A stretch of DNA of 64,000 nt from Octopus bimaculoides (taxonomy: Eukaryota), in contig NC_068983.1 in the NCBI RefSeq assembly GCF_001194135.2, positions 73,410,233 through 73,474,232 of the forward strand, given 5' to 3'. Positions 37,620 to 49,672 of the stretch are shown piece after piece (the stretch's first letter is position 1; the number at the start of each line of letters is the position of its first letter). The notes under the pieces are model-generated. The model ran no database searches. It saw only the letters and a program-made list of their open reading frames with translations, and had not been told where the DNA came from. A program made the position numbers and the translations under genes.

Positions 37620-38150
37620 TATTGAGAAAGAAGGAGAAAGAGAGAGATATTGAGAAAGAAGGAAAGAACCCATGAAAGAGATGGGGAGAAAAGTAAGAGA
37701 AGCAGAGCAAGGAGAAGAAAGAGAGAGAGAGGAAGAAGGAAAGAGTGAAAGAGATGCGAGAAAGGAAAAGAGAGAAAAATGAGGAAAAGATTTAGAGAGA
37801 AAAAGCGAGATAGAGAAAGAATGAGAGAGAGAGAGAGAGAGAGAAACAGAGAGAAACAGAGAGAGAGAGAGAAACACAGAGAGAGAGAGAAAAAATGAGA
37901 GGGAGCGAGAGAGAGAGAGAGAGAAACAGAGAGAGAGAGAAAGAATGAGAGAGTGAGTGAGAGGGAGACAGACAGAACGAGAGAGAGCGAGAGAGAGAGA
38001 GAGAAAAAACAGAGAGAGAGAGAGAGAGAAAGAATGAGAGAGAGCGAGACAGAGAGAGAGAAACATAGAGAGAGAGAAAAACAGAGAGAGTGAGTGAGAG
38101 GGAGACAGACAGAACGAGAGAGAGCGAGAGAGAGAGAGAGAGAAGGAGAG
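36773..38150. repeat. Long purine-rich (GATA)n/(GAAA)n/(GA)n region
   Basis: Directly visible; source of the Ser/Leu-rich spurious ORFs. Confidence 0.9.
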
Positions 38151-38624
38151 CGAAATGGTATTTGATATAACAGAGGAAAGAAAAGAACAAATGAGTAAGA
38201 TTAGAGGGCGAAAAGGACGTTAGGCTGTTGTCTGTTGTATGGTTTGCGCGCGAACATAGACACGGACAAACATACGTAGACATAAACAAACACGCAGAAC
38301 AAACATGCAAACATACGCACACAGAAATTACAAACACATACAAACACACATACAAATACACGCACGCACGCACTCACAATACAATAAATACAGTAAAAAC
38401 ATCAAAGGACGGCCACTGTTTTTAACACTTTTCACAGCTATAACTATATTCATTATGGATATTATCCTTTCAGTCAGTCACACACACACGCACACACCCA
38501 CACACACACACATACACACACACACACATACATACACACACACGCACGCACACACACGTACACACCCACACGCTCACATGTTCATAGATACATACTTGCA
38601 TGCATACATATCTATATACACACA

Positions 38625-38655
<31 letters not shown>

Positions 38656-38856
38656 NNNNNNNNNNNNNNNNNNNNNNNNNNNNNNNNNNNNNNNNNNNNN
38701 NNNNNNNNNNNNNNNNNNNNNNNNNNNNNNNNNNNNNNNNNNNNNNNNNNNNNNNNNNNNNNNNNNNNNNNNNNNNNNNNNNTATGTAGATATATATATA
38801 TATGTGTGCCTGTGTATGGAGAGGGCTTGTTTGTGTATATATATATTATATATAAA

Positions 38857-38907
<51 letters not shown>

Positions 38908-38942
38908 TCATTCGTTCGACACATATACATGCGTAATTTCAT

Positions 38943-38984
<42 letters not shown>

Positions 38985-39670
38985 TCATGCATACAGCTGC
39001 ATACAAACTCCCACATAAATGTATACCAAACAAACTTGTACTATTTACATAAACACATGCATAAATAAGTATTGTAACAACCTTATATAAGTGTATGTAA
39101 GTGTATATGATTGTACACAAGTGTACATTAAAGAGCAACGCATATACATATACACACATTCACAACAAAACGAATGGATATATGTACAAAACTCACATAT
39201 AAACTCTTACATACACACGCACACACACACCTGCACACACACACACACGCGCGCGCTCACACAGACACAGATACAGACACACACACCCATACACACACAT
39301 GTATTTTGCGCATTCAGACATTTGTTTATTTATGTGAGCATACAATACGCAAATATTTATTTGTAGATATAATCAAACGAACAAAAACGGAAATAACGAC
39401 AACCATGGGAATCGAACTCAAATACTTCGGTTTAGTGTCCGGCTGTATTTTGAGTATATTACTGATCGTACACTGATATTCTTTCTAATTTATAACTGCT
39501 GAAACTCACTTCCGGACGTTCTAAGAAATCACTGCATCATGGTCAGTTTAACAAGTTATATACTCACTCGTTAACCTGGAATGTGGGATCGATTCTCAAA
39601 CAGTCTAATTTTGTTTTATTGATTTCTATGTACATACACGTCTTCACACACGTACATACATATACATAAA

Positions 39671-39714
<44 letters not shown>

Positions 39715-40258
39715 TATATCTATATTGATAATCTACTCCTGGATAGTTAAACTGCTATCTTTTCTGCGGGACTATTCGTGACGCACATGGGGTAATTTTG
39801 AGGAGGGATACGGAATTTACTAGTCGATATAAATTTGGAGATGCTGATTTTTCTTATGTGATATTTGATGTCGCATGGACAAATGTACATGGGTTTATTA
39901 GCATTTTCAGATTTATAATTTAGAATATCATGCTGAAGAGTGTAATAGATTTTTATACAATTCTAAACACGAAACGTCGTACATGATTAACTAACGGCAG
40001 GTTTGTTTTGTTTATTTTTCCTCTTCTATCTATGTGAGTCATGAATATCGCTATCTGTTGGAGACTTAATTGTAGTAGAATTAGTAGTTTTAACTGCTAT
40101 TTCTAAATTTTCAGTATGTTGGTGAAGCAACTTTTGCTGATCCCTATATTATGTTTATAATTATAAATGTTTTACCGATAAAGGTTTTTTTTGCATACTA
40201 AACTACTTGGCAAAATTGTTAATTATTAATTTATTAATTAATTGGCAATTCCCTGCCC

Positions 40259-40292
<34 letters not shown>

Positions 40293-41091
40293 ATGGCGGA
40301 GAGTCGAGTTCGAGGAATGCCATAGCTTAATTGGTTTCTTAAACTTTAGCAGGACGGTCGTGACATTTTAGTCCTGCTAGGGACCTACACTCGCAAAAAT
40401 GTAGAAACGACGGGCGCCTCTTGCAGTAGGCGTTCACAAAGTTTACCATCCACACTGAAACTTGCTTCATTCATTTATAGAATTCTTCATTGCGTATTTT
40501 GACTATTTTTTACTACGGCCATTCGCAGTATGCACTACACATAATAGAAATGTTAAAAATCAAGAGATGGATGTGACTGAAGCTTTTTAATGTGAAGAAA
40601 TGTATTGCATAGGGTCAATCCCTCTCTCTAAACAACGTATGCACTTGCCGAAAAAAGAACTAGTCTATAATCATTGGGTACATGCGTCCACCCCCACCCC
40701 ACACACCTATATTAACTGTCTTCACCATCTAACGCTTACCTTGCCACTTTAGCGTCATCACCACCAACATTGTGAAGGCGTGTGACCAAGTGGTGCATTC
40801 CAGAAGTTTTGGGCCTCATTTTAGAAGAGGCAGTTATAAATATCCCAGATTATTGTAATTTTAGTATATCATTACATGTAATAGGCTGACCTGTCAACTT
40901 TTTATTCCGGATCGAAGGAGTGGCTTTAACAGCAATTTGAAAACACCTTACTAATCACTGCTCGCTAATTTGTAGAATGCTGTCAAGACGTTTGGAAGCT
41001 CGTTATACTGTAAAAATTTGTGTTAAATTAAGCAAATGCGTTACAGAAATGCCCCAGACTGCTTACAGATTAACTTTTTCGCTGGCCGTTG

Positions 41092-41245
41092 TGTCGATGC
41101 CCCCCAGGCGAAGAAGTAGGATCTCCCAAGACATATAAATAGAGGTAGTCTGGCCGTGGTAGGTGTGTTGAGTAGCAGTCGAGTAGCAGTTGTGTAGCGG
41201 TTGAGTAAAGATCATCCGAAGGTGCTAGATAGCAGTAGCGTTGAA
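41092..41245. repeat. Family F segment
   Basis: GCGAAGAAGTAGGATC(T/G)CCCAAGACATATAAATAGAGGTAGTC...ATCATCCGAAGGTGCTAGATAGCAGTAGC, shared with 33460-33620. Confidence 0.7.
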
Positions 41246-41254
41246 ACATAACAC

Positions 41255-41785
41255 TGGCACAAAAAAATTCAAGGACGGTAGAGAGGAGATGAGAGATGAT
41301 GAGAGGTCTGGAAAGGAGAAGAACGTAAGAACATCAGACCAGGTTGAGAAAATTCGCAATTTCTTGGATGAAAACCGTCCTCTGTCGATGAAGACAATAA
41401 GGATACATTTGGGGTTGGTGTGGCATCAGAAAACACCGAATTATTCATGAAGGTCTGAACATGTGCAAAATTTGTGTTTCTTCCCAGGATGCTCAGTGAC
41501 AAGCATTCTAGTAATCAACAACTTGACAGAGATGGGCATCAAAGCTGTCCCTCACCCTAACTTATAGTGCAGACCTTGCTTCCTGTGATTTTGATGTTTC
41601 CCCAAGCTGAAGGAGAACTTCAAAGATAGTCGTGTTGAAGATGAAGGAAGCTGTGACAAGGGTTCTGAACACTTTCACTTTGGAGGACTTCCATGGGACC
41701 TTTACGAAGTGACTGAAGTGCTACAACAAGTGCATTGAAGTCAGAGGATCCTATTCAGGAGAAGATTAGAGCTTTGTGCTTTGAA
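41255..41785 (+). mobile_element. Mariner (Tc1/mariner) transposase relic, internally deleted
   Basis: KKFKDGREEMRDDERSG...VEKIR (HTH region), then VPHP-YSADLA-CDF..FPKLK (YSPDLAP motif) and MKEAVTRVL...YNKCIEVRGSY. No TIRs seen. Confidence 0.85.
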
Positions 41786-41880
41786 ATTAAATAAGAGCAA
41801 CAATTAAACCAACAGCAACACAAAGCAACTGAAATAGGGTCTATGTGATTCTTTCGCCAGATGAGAAACAACATTAGGGC

Positions 41881-42228
41881 AAAGGTAGCGAGTTGGCAGA
41901 ATGGTAAAGCACGCTGGGTAAAATGCTGAGCGGTATTTTGTCTATCTTTATGTTCTGAGATCAAATTCCGCCGAGATCGACTTTGCCTTCCATCCTATCA
42001 GGATCGATAAAATAAGTGCCAGACAAGTATTGGGGGTCGATGTAATCGATTATCACTCTCCCCCAAAACTTTAAGCCTTGTGCCTGTAGTAGAAAGGATT
42101 ATTTCAAAGGCAGTACAAACTGACAGAATCATTAAATCGTCGGACAAAATGCTTAGAGGTTATTTATATTCTGATTTCAAATACCTCCTTGGTCGATTTT
42201 GACTTCCATCCTTTCAGGGTGAAAATGT
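41881..42228 (+). mobile_element. SINE family A, full copy (41881-42101) plus an adjacent partial copy
   Basis: Sense-strand head AAGGTAGCGAGTTGGCAGAATGG, B-box-like GAGATCAAATTCC and tail GCCTTGTGCCTGTAGTAGAAAGGA. Confidence 0.8.
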
Positions 42229-42859
42229 CAATGACATTTCTCTCTCTCTCTCTCTCTCTCTAAGAAAAAAAAATGAAAGAAAGAGGCTATGTTTGTTTAG
42301 CCATAATTGAACAAACCTATAATCAACCATAAGCCTTTCCATCTGTGACTGTTTCCCCGTTTGTTTTTAAGACAGTAGGTTGTAATTTGAAAGGAATTTG
42401 ATAGCCTTATCTTGCAGATTGACCAACAAATAAGAACGAGAGCAGTCATGGTCAAACTATGGCCTACATGACTTTTCTGAATGGTACACCTAACAAAAAT
42501 CTGAATTTTTCTAATAGTGAAGCCCACCTGATAATAAACCATGTCTCATGCAGCCCACTTCTTGAAAAAGGTTACTCGTGCCTGATCTAGAGAGTATGGT
42601 AGAACAGTGACTAAGCCGTTATATAATTTTGGTCGGTAAACTTCTGCAGCTTCATTGCGGCTTTGTGTCATAGAAGACATTTTCAAGGAGCAAAAGTGAT
42701 CTTTTTCCTTTTGATTATTACAACCTCAAGAGAGTAGCAGACTGGAAGAATCGGTAGAGTGACGGAAGACGTGCTCTGCTTTTAACGTTCTGGATTCAAA
42801 TCCCTCCGAAGTCAGTTAGGCTTTACATTCTTAGTCCGCATTATTTCATAAGGAGTATA

Positions 42860-43036
42860 GGGCCGGCTTCCCGGTTTCTCTGGTGTATATATTCCTCCCT
42901 GGACGGAACGCCGGTCCATCGCAGGATTACTCATTGCTTTGCTCAAGAACACAACACATTGCTCTGTCCAGAAATCGAACACACAATCTTATGATCATGA
43001 GTCTAGCACTCAAACCCTAAGCAATGTGCCTCCACA
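42860..43036 (-). mobile_element. SINE, family C-related (deleted)
   Basis: CCCGGTTTCTCTGGTGTATA...CCGGTCCATCGCAGGATTACTCA...AATCGAAC. Confidence 0.55.
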
Positions 43037-43229
43037 TTTTCATCCTTTTTAGGGTTGATAAAATAAAGTATCAGTCAATACTAGAGTTGATGGTATCGCT
43101 TTACACCCACGCCTCAAAATTGCTGGCATTGTACCTAAATTTCAAACAATTATTACAAACATTAGATGATCAACGAGTGATATTCTGTGCACAAAAAGCC
43201 TAGCTGTGCTATTTCTGCTGCATGATAGA

Positions 43230-43395
43230 AAATTATGGCTGTGTGATAAGAAGCTTGCTTCCCAACCACATGATTCTGGGTTCAGTCCCACTGCATGGTA
43301 TATTGAGCAAGTGTCTTCTATTTTAGGCTCGGGTTGACAAAGACCTTGTGAGTGGATTTGGTAGACGAAAACTGAGAGAGGCCTGTCGTGTATAT
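43230..43395 (+). mobile_element. SINE family B 5' half
   Basis: TGGCTGTGTGATAAG A-box, GGTTCAGTCCC B-box and the CCTTGTGAGTGGATTTGGTAGAC core. Confidence 0.75.
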
Positions 43396-43487
43396 CTATG
43401 TATGTCATTGTTCAGTTTTATTTCAAGATTTCTTGCCAATAGAGAAAGAACTGGATACTAACCTAGATTCAAGGTTCCTTTATATGC

Positions 43488-43523
<36 letters not shown>

Positions 43524-43764
43524 TTGTGTATGAATGGCTACAGCCGGGCAACCCTGCTCCGTCATCTATGTCCTGTCGATTGTTATCGTCGACAACGACG
43601 GGCGGACTAATATGATAATATGAGCGTATGTATGAGCGTGTATATGTATTATATATATAGTAAATGTATAATGTATATATAATGCATACATGTATGTGTG
43701 TGTATGTTCATACATCTGTACGCACATTCTTTTGTACGTGCATGTGTGTGTGTATGTATGTGTT

Positions 43765-43811
<47 letters not shown>

Positions 43812-44399
43812 NNNNNNNNNNNNNNNNNNNNNNNNNNNNNNNNNNNNNNNNNNNNNNNNNNNNNNNNNNNNNNNNNNNNNNNNNNNNNNNNNNNNNNNNN
43901 NNNNNNNNNNNNNNNNNNNNNNNNNNNNNNNNNNNNNNNNNNNNNNNNNNNNNNNNNNNNNNNNNNNNNNNNNNNNNNNNNNNNNNNNNNNNNNNNNNNN
44001 NNNNNNNNNNNNNNNNNNNNNNNNNNNNNNNNNNNNNNNNNNNNNNNNNNNNNNNNNNNNNNNNNNNNNNNNNNNNNNNNNNNNNNNNNNNNNNNNNNNN
44101 NNNNNNNNNNATATATGAAAGAATCTATACAAGATGGAATAAACAGGCTTTAATTACAAATTACAACATTTGACTCTGTGCAGTGGCAACAGCTGCAAGT
44201 TGTTGAGTTTTTATTCTCATATTATTACATAAAATTATTTTATGCTCAAGTACATAATAACTACATAATGCAGCAACGGTTGTGTCCCGGCACTTTATAG
44301 GGTAGGCTGCATTTTAAAGCACTGCTGTTGGCATAGGGTAGTCGATAACAGTATAAGACGACTTAAATGCACGTTATGAGGTTATTACCAAGATAATAT

Positions 44400-44620
44400 G
44401 ACGAGGGGCGCTGAAAAGTTCCTGGCTTTTAACTGTATCGCGAAAGGCTTGGCTCGAGGCACAACCTTCCGAGTTCTTTTACAGGGCTTAGGAAAACTGA
44501 AGGACTGCTGCAATAAGTGTGTGAATCTGAGAGGGGAATATGCTGAATAAAGTCATAATTAACTGATCCTTCTGTATTTACTTTTACCCAAAGCCACAAA
44601 CTTTTCAGTACCTCTTCCTA
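44400..44620 (+). mobile_element. Mariner-derived MITE
   Basis: TIRs ACGAGGGGCGCTGAAAAGTTCCTGGCTTT (44401-44429) and AAAGCCACAAACTTTTCAGTACCTC (44590-44614); the interior encodes the mariner C-terminus CNKCVNLRGEYAE. Confidence 0.8.
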
Positions 44621-44745
44621 GAAAGTGAAATAGGAGATTTTGATTATACTATATATATACACACATATGTATGTATGTACACACACTCACACACACACAA
44701 ACACACACACACACACATATACACACATAGATATATAAATACATA

Positions 44746-44788
<43 letters not shown>

Positions 44789-44832
44789 ACACATATATAT
44801 ATATATATATAAATATGTGACACTTATTCGGT

Positions 44833-44904
44833 AGCCATGATAAAACTCCGAGTTTCGGATGCCGAGGTGGGAACCCACGCCAACATCTCTTCAGTTATCC
44901 GGCC
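44833..44904 (-). ncRNA. Candidate type I hammerhead ribozyme
   Basis: Minus strand: GGCCGGAUAA-CUGAAGA-[GAUGUUGGCGUGG-GUUC-CCACCUCGGCAUC]-C-GAAA-CU-CGG-AGU-U-UUAUCAUGGCU. The core boxes are intact, stems I, II and III all pair, and the predicted cleavage is after GUU (between 44844 and 44843). Confidence 0.7.
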
Positions 44905-45044
44905 ATTTAAAAATTCCTGTGAAATTCCTGAGCATTGTGTCACATATTTTTACAGAAGATAAATTCCTCTATTTACATAATATCGAGGTCTCTTCCTTTC
45001 TTTTGTTGTCCTTTCTATCAATGGTCGCTCTTGGGCGCTACTAG

Positions 45045-45215
45045 TAACATGTAACCCAGTACCGCCTGTTGCATGGTCGGGTTGTCGGCGACTAAACTGG
45101 CAACTCCATCAAGCTTGCTTGGTGAAGCGGGTGATTGTTGGATACACTGCAGGGCGAAAAATAAGACCTGTCAAAGGGCGGGAGAGCTCATGAGCAGTCA
45201 ACAGCCATCCAACAA
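45045..45215 (+). mobile_element. Possible RTE-like LINE 5' UTR fragment
   Basis: CATGGTCGGGTTGTCGGCGACTAAACTGGCAAC...GAGCAGTCAACAGCCATCC resembles RTE 5' leaders from memory; not confirmable here. Confidence 0.3.
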
Positions 45216-45567
45216 TATGTGTATGTATGCACGTATGTATGCGTGGGGATGTGGAAATAACTGGGTTAGTGACCAGGTGCGTGGTCGACCCACCGGATCT
45301 CTAAGCAACCAGTTACAGGCAAGTAAAGACATGCATTGTAATAGGACCAAGCGAAACCGAGATTATTGAGCGCGATACATTTTGATTCACCACAACCAGT
45401 TGTAGAGTATCACACCCGCGAGAGACCGTTGCAAAATGGGTCGAAACGATCATTGTGATTAATAAAGAAACTTGTGAATTGGAATTCTCTGTTTCTATTA
45501 TATTGTTATATATACACACATATATAAATGCATGCGTGTGCATGTATGCAAATATATTATGTAGGTA

Positions 45568-45787
45568 TACTCTTTTACTTGTTTCAGTCATTTGACTGTG
45601 GCCATGCTGGAGCACCGCCTTTAGTCGAGCAAATCGACCCCAGGACTTATTCTTTGTAAGCTTAGTACTTATTCTATCGGTCTCTTTTGCCGAACCGCTA
45701 AGTTATGGGGACGTAAACACACCAGCATCGGTTGTCAAGCGATGTTGGGGGGGGGGAGAAACACAGACACACAAACATATACACACG

Positions 45788-45838
<51 letters not shown>

Positions 45839-45998
45839 GACGGGCTTCTTTCAGTTTCCGCCTACCAAATCCACTCACAAGGCTTTGGTCGGCCCGAGGC
45901 TATAGTAGAAGACATTTGCCCAAAATGCCACGCAGTGGGACTGAACCCGGAACCATGTGGTTGGTAAGCAAGCTACTTAGCACACAGCCACTCCTACG
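45568..45998 (-). mobile_element. SINE family B, near full-length young copy
   Basis: Highly similar to 60345-60780; tRNA-like head, core, internal (TA)n and tail. Confidence 0.9.
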
Positions 45999-46463
45999 CA
46001 CACACACATATTACACATACATAGTGTATATGTGCGTGGCACACAGGCATATGTATTCATGCATTAGCACAGGTTGAATAGTTATGTATTGTACATATGT
46101 AAATATTTACTCTTTGTTAATATTACACTTGCGCTCGACGAGTATATACGTATAAATGTAGTGTATGTATGTGTGTGTGTGTGGGGGGGGGGCGGTTGAT
46201 TCTTGCTGCATGTGATCAAACGTCTGACCGCTACTAATTAGATGATCAGCTCTATTGATCTCAGAGGATTGACGTGGTCTGATTGTTTTTATTTAGTGGA
46301 CTAGTAGAGTAGGTTGAGTGAAGTCTCTACTTCAAGGTATCGAAACCTGCTGTGAAATACAACTTCTAAACGGTAGTTCGACATGCAAGGAATAGCAATG
46401 AAACTGATTCAAATCACACGCTTCCTTATTAAATATAGAAGGACTCACAGAACAGTGCTGTGA

Positions 46464-46525
<62 letters not shown>

Positions 46526-46739
46526 TGCCTACCTAACCTGTCTACCTGAATAATGGGGACACACACACACACACACACATATGCATACACACGCACACAT
46601 ACACACAAATACAAGGACACTCACACACACGCACACAATCACACGCGTACGCATACATTTATGTATACATACCACTGGAGGAAAGAGGATACTCGATCAA
46701 GATTAATAATATTTTTATTTTCGTAGAGCTCACTAGTGC

Positions 46740-46819
46740 GAGTTTCACCTGTAGGTGCTCAGGGTCTTTCATGCAAGTTACGACTCCTGAAAGATCCTGT
46801 GCTCCTACAGGCGAAACTC
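46740..46819. repeat. 80-bp palindrome (32-bp arms, 28/32 match, 16-nt loop) with a hammerhead-like motif in each arm
   Basis: GAGTTTCACCTGTAGGTGCTCAGGGTCTTTCA versus TGAAAGATCCTGTGCTCCTACAGGCGAAACTC. Confidence 0.8.
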
Positions 46820-47119
46820 AGAATAGCAAGAAGCCGAGAGATTTTGTTAAAGGATCTGTTAACACTAGAGACAATAGGTTTAATCTTTAAATGTGATTTC
46901 AGTTTATGTATTTTTTATGAGATGATAGAAGGTTAGGAGTACACTGTTTCTTGCAATGAAGTTATATTTAATCTCGTTTGAGAGCCCTCTGCCTTTACTG
47001 ATGATCGTCCAGCAGGTGTTTATAGTAGCCTCGAGTTAGTTATTTGTGGTGTTACTGACTTTTTCACATCAAAGTAGTGTTGTTTAGGTAGTCGAATGCC
47101 AGTCAGCTTGTCGTATCTA

Positions 47120-48330
47120 TTTTTATCAATAACGCAGAATTCTTTCTGTGTTGTTTCCGTATCAATGGACGTTTCTACAAAATCTCTTGGCTGCTGTCTA
47201 AAAATTCGTAAGCCACTTCTTCAAACCTTCCAAGAACATGTTGAAAGCTCCACTAAAGTTATTAACCGACTGAGAGTCCTCAACACATCTATCTTTTTCT
47301 TTTCTTTGCCCTTTTTCAAGCCTAATCAGGTTCATGGGCCCGGTTTCCCGGTTTCTATGGCGTATGTGTTCCCCCCAGCTGGACGGGATGCCAGTCCATC
47401 GCAGCGTTACTCAAGAAACAGGAAGAAAGAGTGAGAGAAAGTTGGGGCGTAAGAGTACAACAGGGGTCGCCACCACCCCCTGCCGGAACCTCGTGGAGCT
47501 TTTAGGTGTTTTCGCTCAATAAACACACACAACGCCCGGTCTGGGAATCGAAACCACGATCCTCCGACCGCGAGTCCGCTGCCCTAACCACTGGGTCATT
47601 GCGCCTCCACCAACACATCTATACTTAGCAAAAATAATTTTCCTCTTAGCTTCGACCTTGTTTCCTTATACAACTCTGTCCCTGCCTTCCTCTGAGATAT
47701 CAACTTACAAACCGAACCATTGCTCTCTCTCACAAGCTTAATTGCCAAGACATCACCAGATCTAACAAAACCCCCACATCCTAGCATAACAAGAGATTAT
47801 CGAGACTGCTACATTTTAACGAAAAATAAACCTGCTGTTGGATGATCCGAAGGGAGGAACTGAATATACTCGTAGCACATCAGGATGCTGCTGCTGCTTC
47901 ATGGTCTTGCAAGATGAGGCTGGAGTCATCCCAGGTTAGTGGTCCCAGAGACATCATCAAAATCAGGAGGCACATAATAAAGAAAAAATGAGGAAAAGAA
48001 AAGAAGCCAACACAAAACAATATCATATGCACAATTGCCTAACTGCTTGATCAACGACGGAAATATATGTCCGCAGACCTACGTGATACATGAAATAGAT
48101 GTAGTAAATGTAATAAATCATACAGTGGACATATGGATTAAAGAATACCTCCATGCTTGTGCTTCTTCCGTCAAAAGATATCTATGGAAACGTCACACCC
48201 AAGACGTCTAGGCTTCTATTGAAACCACAGAACGAAACATTGGGAACCTGAGAAAGAAAGAAGCCATCATCAATAGGAAGACTAAACCATATATTAACAC
48301 CAGAATCGAACAGTACGTAGCTGATACACT
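47120..48330 (+). mobile_element. Penelope-like element relic (RT motif A region plus GIY-YIG), split by a SINE
   Basis: INGRFYKISWLLSK / KPLLQTFQEHVESSTKVINRLRVLNTS|ILSKNNFPLSFDLVSLYNSVP (cf. SFDVxSLFTNVP). Later VIHEI-RCSKCNKSYSGH and RKKEAIINRKTKPYIN match the GIY-YIG domain. Confidence 0.75.
47293..47610 (-). mobile_element. Full-length tRNA-derived SINE family C with a 12-bp TSD
   Basis: A-box TGACCCAGTGG and B-box GGTTTCGATTCC on the minus strand; CAACACATCTAT at 47281-47292 and 47611-47622. Confidence 0.9.
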
Positions 48331-48416
48331 ATCATACCAATGGTATACTGCGCACGCAAAGCAACCGCTTATATATACACACTGCAGTATAGAGACGTCA
48401 GCTCACAACAGCAAAC

Positions 48417-48455
<39 letters not shown>

Positions 48456-48838
48456 TATATCATATATATTATNNNNNNNNNNNNNNNNNNNNNNNNNNNN
48501 NNNNNNNNNNNNNNNNNNNNNNNNNNNNNNNNNNNNNNNNNNNNNNNNNNNNNNNNNNNNNNNNNNNNNNNNNNNNNNNNNNNNNNNNNNNNNNNNNNNN
48601 NNNNNNNNNNNNNNNNNNNNNNNNNNNNNNNNNNNNNNNNNNNNNNNNNNNNNNNNNNNNNNNNNNNNNNNNNNNNNNNNNNNNNNNNNNNNNNNNNNNN
48701 NNNNNNNNNNNNNNNNNNNNNNNNNNNNNATATATATGTAACCTTTTCATCATGTAACCTTTTCATCATGTAACCTCGTGGGCATCGGTACCATTTTCCT
48801 CTTTCTCCGTTCTTCCATTCTCCGAACTTTCCATCTTT

Positions 48839-48865
48839 CCGACGAAGGGCTACGCCCGAAACGTC
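48839..48865 (+). ncRNA. Decayed minimal (Penelope-type) hammerhead motif
   Basis: CCGACGA-A-GGGC-TAC-GCCC-GAAACGTC; the core has U4 changed to C and no stem I pairing is evident. Confidence 0.4.
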
Positions 48866-48961
48866 ATACACTCTCTCTTTCCTTTCCTGAGCGTCCAATA
48901 ATACTATCCATATCACGTCCTCACTTTGTTGTTTTTTTGTTTCTTTGTTATTGTGTTTTTG

Positions 48962-49001
<40 letters not shown>

Positions 49002-49638
49002 TATATCATATATATTATGTTATATTACATTACATTATATATTATATATATATATCCATTTGTCCCTCTATTTATCTAAGTATCTGTGTATTTATCTCTA
49101 TGTTTGTAAGTATGCATCTATATACACGAGCACGCACACATATACAAATACACACACATACTTACACACACACAGACGCAATGGTCATGTCTGGAATGCC
49201 TTTTATTAAACCTAAATACCCATAAAGACATGTCAAATTTAGTTCAACATATCTGGGTGCAGACCGTCACAAACTTTGAGTCTCTTTGGCATACACATAT
49301 ACGCACAAATAGAAATGCTTTCGCTTGTCCGTAGACACATACGTACATACGTATGTGCGTGCATACATACGTACATACAAGCATTTAGAAACGTCGTACA
49401 TACATATGTACACACTACAAGCACAAGCACGCACCCACACAAACACCTACGCATTCACCAACACTGACAGAAGTATGATATTAAGAACATGGTAACAAAT
49501 GTGTGAGTGTGTGTTTGTGTGTGTGTGTGCGATGTTTTTCCTATTTGTGTGCATATGTAGGTGTGAGTGCATCCACTTGTACACAAGAATATGTGTGCGC
49601 ATGTCTATATTTGCGTGCGTGTGTATGCATATCTATCC

Positions 49639-49672
<34 letters not shown>

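Noticed and set aside
45000-45215. HDV-like ribozyme at the putative RTE 5' leader
   Set aside because: I could not assign P1, P1.1, P3 or L3 pairings by eye; a descriptor search would be needed.
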